DNA of 64,000 nt, from assembly GCA_965208575.1 (NCBI GenBank), contig CBDBOV010000004.1, positions 96,001 to 160,000 of the forward strand, written 5' to 3'. Each line of letters starts with the position of its first letter. The stretch's first letter is position 1. The notes under the pieces are model-generated. The model did no database searches and was not told where the DNA came from. It saw nothing but the letters and a program-made list of their open reading frames with translations. The position numbers and the translations under genes were made by a program. The DNA is from Spirochaetia bacterium. GTDB taxonomy: Bacteria; Spirochaetota; Spirochaetia; SZUA-6; Bin103. Shown here one piece after another: positions 59,564 to 64,000 of the stretch.

Positions 59564-60589
59564 GTGAGCAGGACGCCGTCGCCGACCCGGTCCGCAGACT
59601 TCTCCAGCGCGTGGCAGCGCTGGCAGCACGGAGTGGTGGCGGTTACCGAACGGTACCTGTCCTGGCGTCGCCTGCGGCGCGTGCGCCGCAAGATTCGCAT
59701 GCAGGGCAAGCATCCGCTGCTCGATTGGGCGGAGGCGATCGGGTCGGCGATCCTGATCGTGCTGGTCATCAACCAGTTCCTGCTGCAGGCGTACCGCATT
59801 CCGTCCGAGTCGATGGTGCCGACCCTGCTGGTGGGCGACCGCATATTCGTGAACAAGCTGATCTACGGGCCCGAACTGATACCGGGATCGGTCAAGCTGC
59901 CGAGCCCGCGGCGGCCGCGCCGCGGCGAGGTGATCATCTTCGAGAACCCCACCTACGCGCCGGTCGGACCGGCGCTCGAACTGGTGCAGCGCGTCATCTA
60001 CATGGCCACCCTGTCGCTGGTCAACATCGATACCGACGAGCAGGGCCGGCCGCGCGCTCACTTTCTCATCAAGAGAGCCGTCGGCATGCCTGGCGACCGG
60101 GTGCGGGTGCGCGGCGGCGACGTGGAGATCATGGTCGCGGGAGCGGGGCCGTGGCGACCGGAACGGGAGCTGATGCAGGAACTGGGATTGCCGTACAACG
60201 TGCGGCGGCTGTTCCCGCGGGACAGCTACGCCGATCTGCGGCTCGCCTCGATGGCGCGGGTGCGGGCAGCCGCGGGCGTGCGGGTGTCGGCCGCCGAGGC
60301 GCTTGCCGCCGAGCGCATCCGCGACATCGGACGGGTCGACTACAGTTTCTCCAACACCTGGATCGCCCGCGCCCGCTACCAGTTGGATCCACACAGCCAC
60401 GCGCTCGCGCGCGACTGGCGGCGCCTGGAGCATGGCTGGCAGGTGCCTTCCGATGCGTTCATGCCGATGGGCGACAACCGCGACGACTCCCGCGACAGCC
60501 GAGACTTCGGGCCCGTAAAGCTGGACAAGGTGTTGGGGAAGGCCCTGTTCCACTACTGGCCGCCGTCGCGCTGGGCGGCGGTGCGCTGA
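59564..60589 (+). CDS. lepB: Signal peptidase I
   Basis: IPSESMVPTL, IKRAVG and GDNRDDSRDSR motifs. Confidence 0.93.
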   Translation: MSRTPSPTRSADFSSAWQRWQHGVVAVTERYLSWRRLRRVRRKIRMQGKHPLLDWAEAIGSAILIVLVINQFLLQAYRIPSESMVPTLLVGDRIFVNKLIYGPELIPGSVKLPSPRRPRRGEVIIFENPTYAPVGPALELVQRVIYMATLSLVNIDTDEQGRPRAHFLIKRAVGMPGDRVRVRGGDVEIMVAGAGPWRPERELMQELGLPYNVRRLFPRDSYADLRLASMARVRAAAGVRVSAAEALAAERIRDIGRVDYSFSNTWIARARYQLDPHSHALARDWRRLEHGWQVPSDAFMPMGDNRDDSRDSRDFGPVKLDKVLGKALFHYWPPSRWAAVR

Positions 60590-60599
60590 CCGCCGCCCG

Positions 60600-61844
60600 A
60601 TGAACGAGACGCCGCGGCGCGCGCCGGTGGCGTACTACGTCCACGTGCCGTTCTGTGCGGCGCATTGCCCCTATTGCGACTATCCGATTACCGTCGGCAG
60701 CCTGGACCGGGCGGCTGAGCTGGTGTCTGCCGTGTTGAGCGAAGTGGAGACCCTGCGCGGCGCTCTGGCAGACCGCCCGGTTGCGGCGCTGTACGTAGGC
60801 GGCGGCACGCCCAGCTTCCTGCCGCTCGGCGAGTTGCGGCGGCTGCTCACCGGACTGGCCCGCGCCCTGCGCACGCCGGCGGCGGGCGGCAGCACCGGGC
60901 AGCACTTCGAGTGCACCCTGGAGGCGAACCCGGAGGACGTGACCCCCGAGCTGCTCGACGTGTGCGCGACCGCCGGCATCAATCGCCTCTCGGTCGGCGT
61001 GCAGTCGTTCGCCGGGCCCGTGCTGCGTCGCCTTGGAAGGCGCTGCACCGGAGGCGGTGTGCGGGCCGCCATGGAGTTGCTCTTCCGACGGTGGCGCGGC
61101 CGGCTGAACATCGACCTGCTGGTCGGGGTGCCCGGTCAGCGGTGGGCGGACGTGCGGGCGGACCTGGAACAGGCCGCCGACCTGGGCGTAGGCCACGTCA
61201 CGCTGCTGCAATTGGCGGATCCGCCGGCCGGCGGGCCGCAACCGAGTACGGACGCCGATGACCTGTGGCTGGCCGCCGGCGAGGCACTGCGCTCGCGCGG
61301 ATACGCCGACTACGAGGTCAGCCACTTCGCCCGGGGCGGCGACCATTCGCACTATTTGTGCCATGCCCTGCAATTGCAACCGGTGGCGGCGGCCGGTCCC
61401 GGATCGGCCGGCACGCTGCCGGCAGCGGCCGCCGCTCACTACGGCGGCGCGGTCGCCACCGAGTCGGGCGCCGTGCGCTGCACCCACACCGCGGACCTCG
61501 ACCGCTATCTGGCCGGCTGCGACGACGGCTGGGGATGTGCCACCGAACCCGTGTCCGCGCGCGACCTGCTGGTGGAACACCTCCTGCAGGGGCTCCGGTT
61601 CACTGCCGGCATCGCCGCCGTGTCGGCCTGGTTCCGTCCACCGCCGGGCACGCTGCTCGGTGAGCTGTGGCGGCGGTGGCGGCGGCACGGACTGGCGCAC
61701 CGGCAGAGCGAGCGGCTGGCGCTGACTGCCCGCGGACGCCTGCAGCTCGACGGGTTGATGGCGATGGCGATCGACCATCTCGATCAGGCGGCGCGCACCG
61801 GCGAACGGATCGTCGCCTCCTGGCCGGACGGCGCCGGCTCCTGA
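60600..61844 (+). CDS. hemW: HemN/HemW-like radical SAM protein
   Basis: YVHVPFCAAHCPYCD, GGGTPS and EANP motifs. Confidence 0.85.
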   Translation: MNETPRRAPVAYYVHVPFCAAHCPYCDYPITVGSLDRAAELVSAVLSEVETLRGALADRPVAALYVGGGTPSFLPLGELRRLLTGLARALRTPAAGGSTGQHFECTLEANPEDVTPELLDVCATAGINRLSVGVQSFAGPVLRRLGRRCTGGGVRAAMELLFRRWRGRLNIDLLVGVPGQRWADVRADLEQAADLGVGHVTLLQLADPPAGGPQPSTDADDLWLAAGEALRSRGYADYEVSHFARGGDHSHYLCHALQLQPVAAAGPGSAGTLPAAAAAHYGGAVATESGAVRCTHTADLDRYLAGCDDGWGCATEPVSARDLLVEHLLQGLRFTAGIAAVSAWFRPPPGTLLGELWRRWRRHGLAHRQSERLALTARGRLQLDGLMAMAIDHLDQAARTGERIVASWPDGAGS

Positions 61845-61909
61845 CTCGGCGGCTGGCGGGCGAACAGAATTCACCGGACACGGGCGGCGGCGCGGGCCGG
61901 CGCGCGTGT

Positions 61910-63193
61910 CTACGGCCGGCGGTGGGCCGCGAAGCGGTGCTCGCTGCGCCGCAGCGGCAGCAGCGCGAGCGTGCCGAGCACCACAAAGCCGGTGGCGATC
62001 CAGGCCACCAGTTCGGCGCCGGCGCGGCTGGCCAGTTGGATGCCGACCGTGGCGCCGAGCATCATGCGCATGCCGGTGGCAAAGGTGTGCGCCGACATGT
62101 ACGCAGCCGTATTCTCGCGGTCGGCAAAGCGGGTTACCCACAAGCTCCAGGCCAACATCCCGCCGGCGTTGAACGCCCCCATCAGCGCCGCCCCGATAAT
62201 GGCCGCCGGCACGCTGTGCAACTGAAAGAACAGCACGATGCTGAGCACCGAGCACATGTTCAGGCCGACCCGCACCGTGATGAAGTTGAAACGGTCGAAC
62301 AGGTTTGCCCAGATCGGCGTGCACACCAGGCGCATGATGTCCGGTACGGTGCCGGCGATGAACGCGACCTGGACGGCCGGCAGGTCGAAACCGTAGCGCG
62401 GCTCGGTCAGAAACAGGATGCGCAGCGGCGCAACCAGCAGGCTGCCGAGGCCGAACAGAAACCACGCCCCGACGGTCAGGCCGAACGTGCGGTCGCGCCA
62501 CAACAGCGCCAGCGCCGCCAACGGAGAGACCGCCCGCGCAGCACGGGCGGTCCGTCGCGGGCGCCGCGACGGCACGAACACCATCGCCACGGCCGCGACC
62601 AGATTCGCGATGCCATAGGCGGCTATGACGGTGTGGTAGCGGTCGCCGGAACTCTCCAGAATGGCGCCGCCGACGACGTGGAACAGTGCCGAGCCCAGCA
62701 TCGCCAGCACCAATTCGACGGCCACCAGTCGGCCGCGCAGGCGCGCCGGGTAGTTCTCCTTGATGATCGCGGTGTACAACGGCAGGGTCACCGCGCCGGT
62801 GGCCGCCGCCGGAATCAGCCACAGGACGTGCCAAGTGAGGGAGGCTGCGCCCGCCGCGGCAAAGAATCCGGCCGCCGCCAGTGCCATCGCCCCGGCCACC
62901 ACCAGGTTGCGCCGCACGGGCAGGCGCGCCAGGTAGGCCACCGCCAGCAGAGCCGCAATCAGGCCGAATGCCTGCGGCAGCGACACCAGTGTCTTGACGG
63001 CGTCGCCGGCGTCGAAGTGGCGCACCGCAATCAGCAGGAAGAAGGTCTTCGGACCTGATTCCAGGATGCCGAAGGCGAAACTGCGGATGGAGCCGAATAC
63101 CAGCGTGCGGCGTGCCAGCAGCGGTACGTGGACCGCACCGCGGAACCGGCTGCCGCGAGGAGTGGCGCCGGAGGAGGTACGGTGCGTGCGCAT
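61910..63193 (-). CDS. MFS transporter
   Basis: About 12 hydrophobic segments; YPARLRGR motif. Confidence 0.85.
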   Translation of the reverse strand: MRTHRTSSGATPRGSRFRGAVHVPLLARRTLVFGSIRSFAFGILESGPKTFFLLIAVRHFDAGDAVKTLVSLPQAFGLIAALLAVAYLARLPVRRNLVVAGAMALAAAGFFAAAGAASLTWHVLWLIPAAATGAVTLPLYTAIIKENYPARLRGRLVAVELVLAMLGSALFHVVGGAILESSGDRYHTVIAAYGIANLVAAVAMVFVPSRRPRRTARAARAVSPLAALALLWRDRTFGLTVGAWFLFGLGSLLVAPLRILFLTEPRYGFDLPAVQVAFIAGTVPDIMRLVCTPIWANLFDRFNFITVRVGLNMCSVLSIVLFFQLHSVPAAIIGAALMGAFNAGGMLAWSLWVTRFADRENTAAYMSAHTFATGMRMMLGATVGIQLASRAGAELVAWIATGFVVLGTLALLPLRRSEHRFAAHRRP

Positions 63194-63321
63194 GCTCGCC
63201 GCCGATTCTACCGTACGCGTTGTCTGCCCGTCAGCGGACCGCGCGGCCCGGCCCTCCCGACCACCCCGCGTTGACGCGCATCAATGGCGGCTGGTAGGGT
63301 GCATGAACAGGAGTCAGAATA

Positions 63322-64000
63322 TTGTCAGGCCACAGCAAATGGCACTCGATACGCCACAAGAAGGGCGCCACGGATGCTAAACGCGGCAAGATCTTCACCA
63401 AGCTGATCCGGGAGATCACCGTCGCCGCCCGCCTCGGCGGCGGCGACCCCGATGCGAATCCGCGCCTGCGCACGGTGATGCTCAAGGCCCGCGAGGCAAA
63501 CATGCCGCGCGACAACATCGATCGCGCGATCAAGAAAGGGTCCGGCGGCGGCGAGGGGTCCGACTTCCACGAGCTGCTCTACGAAGCGTACGGCCCCGGC
63601 GGGGTCGCGTTGCTGATCCAGGTGCTCACCGACAACAAGAATCGCTCGGCGGCGGAGATACGCAATATCCTCACCAAGGGGGGCGGCAACCTCGGGGACA
63701 CCGGATCTGTTTCCTATCTGTTTTCCCGTAAAGGAGTAATAGCCTTCGAAGCAGAGCGTTACAACGAAGATCAGGTGATGGAGGTGGTGCTCGAGGGCGG
63801 TGCCGAGGACGTTTCCTCCGACGCCGACACGGTCGAGGTCCTTACCGGGCCGGAGGACTTCCATGCCACGCTCGACGTCGTGGAACGCGCCGGCCTCAAA
63901 CATCGCGTGGCCGAGATCTCCTGGGTTCCGGATGTCAGCATGCCGCTCGACGAGGGCAAGGCGGGCAGCGCCCTGCGGCTGATCGAAGCGCTCGAGGATC
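63322..64000 (+). CDS. yebC: YebC/PmpR family protein, 3'-partial
   Basis: TTG start; MSGHSKW..IRHKK, NPRLR, YEAYGPGG and TDNKNR motifs. Confidence 0.95.
   Translation, partial: MSGHSKWHSIRHKKGATDAKRGKIFTKLIREITVAARLGGGDPDANPRLRTVMLKAREANMPRDNIDRAIKKGSGGGEGSDFHELLYEAYGPGGVALLIQVLTDNKNRSAAEIRNILTKGGGNLGDTGSVSYLFSRKGVIAFEAERYNEDQVMEVVLEGGAEDVSSDADTVEVLTGPEDFHATLDVVERAGLKHRVAEISWVPDVSMPLDEGKAGSALRLIEALED

Overview
High-GC bacterial chromosome segment, probably Spirochaetota. This is inferred from the FAGG-type solute-binding-protein signal peptide and the ssrA-smpB-PEGA/FGE-lepB-hemW-yebC gene order. 1-24.5 kb: a three-gene DDE/ExeA/AAA_25 transposon truncating a sulfatase, two ABC importers, sulfatase/oxidoreductase/glycosidase genes, a lone Schlafen-ATPase-TPR gene and an IS3. 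24591-56954: a ~32-kb island integrated in the 3' end of tmRNA (14-bp direct repeat, P4-type integrase, AlpA). It carries a restriction-modification pair, a DUF4041/GIY-YIG membrane nuclease, many orphan membrane and small proteins, and a dense nest of IS1634, ISKra4-like, IS1595, IS110 and other IS remnants. 57-64 kb: core genes. The strongest novel-looking signal is a 138-nt structured non-coding element present twice (31891-32028 and 54406-54543). Each copy lies just behind a TTGACA-N16-TACACT promoter and ahead of an unrelated membrane-protein gene, and the copies show compensatory base changes. A second unexplained 196-bp dispersed repeat occurs at 27453-27648 and 47850-48045. All family assignments come from motif recognition by eye; no searches were run.
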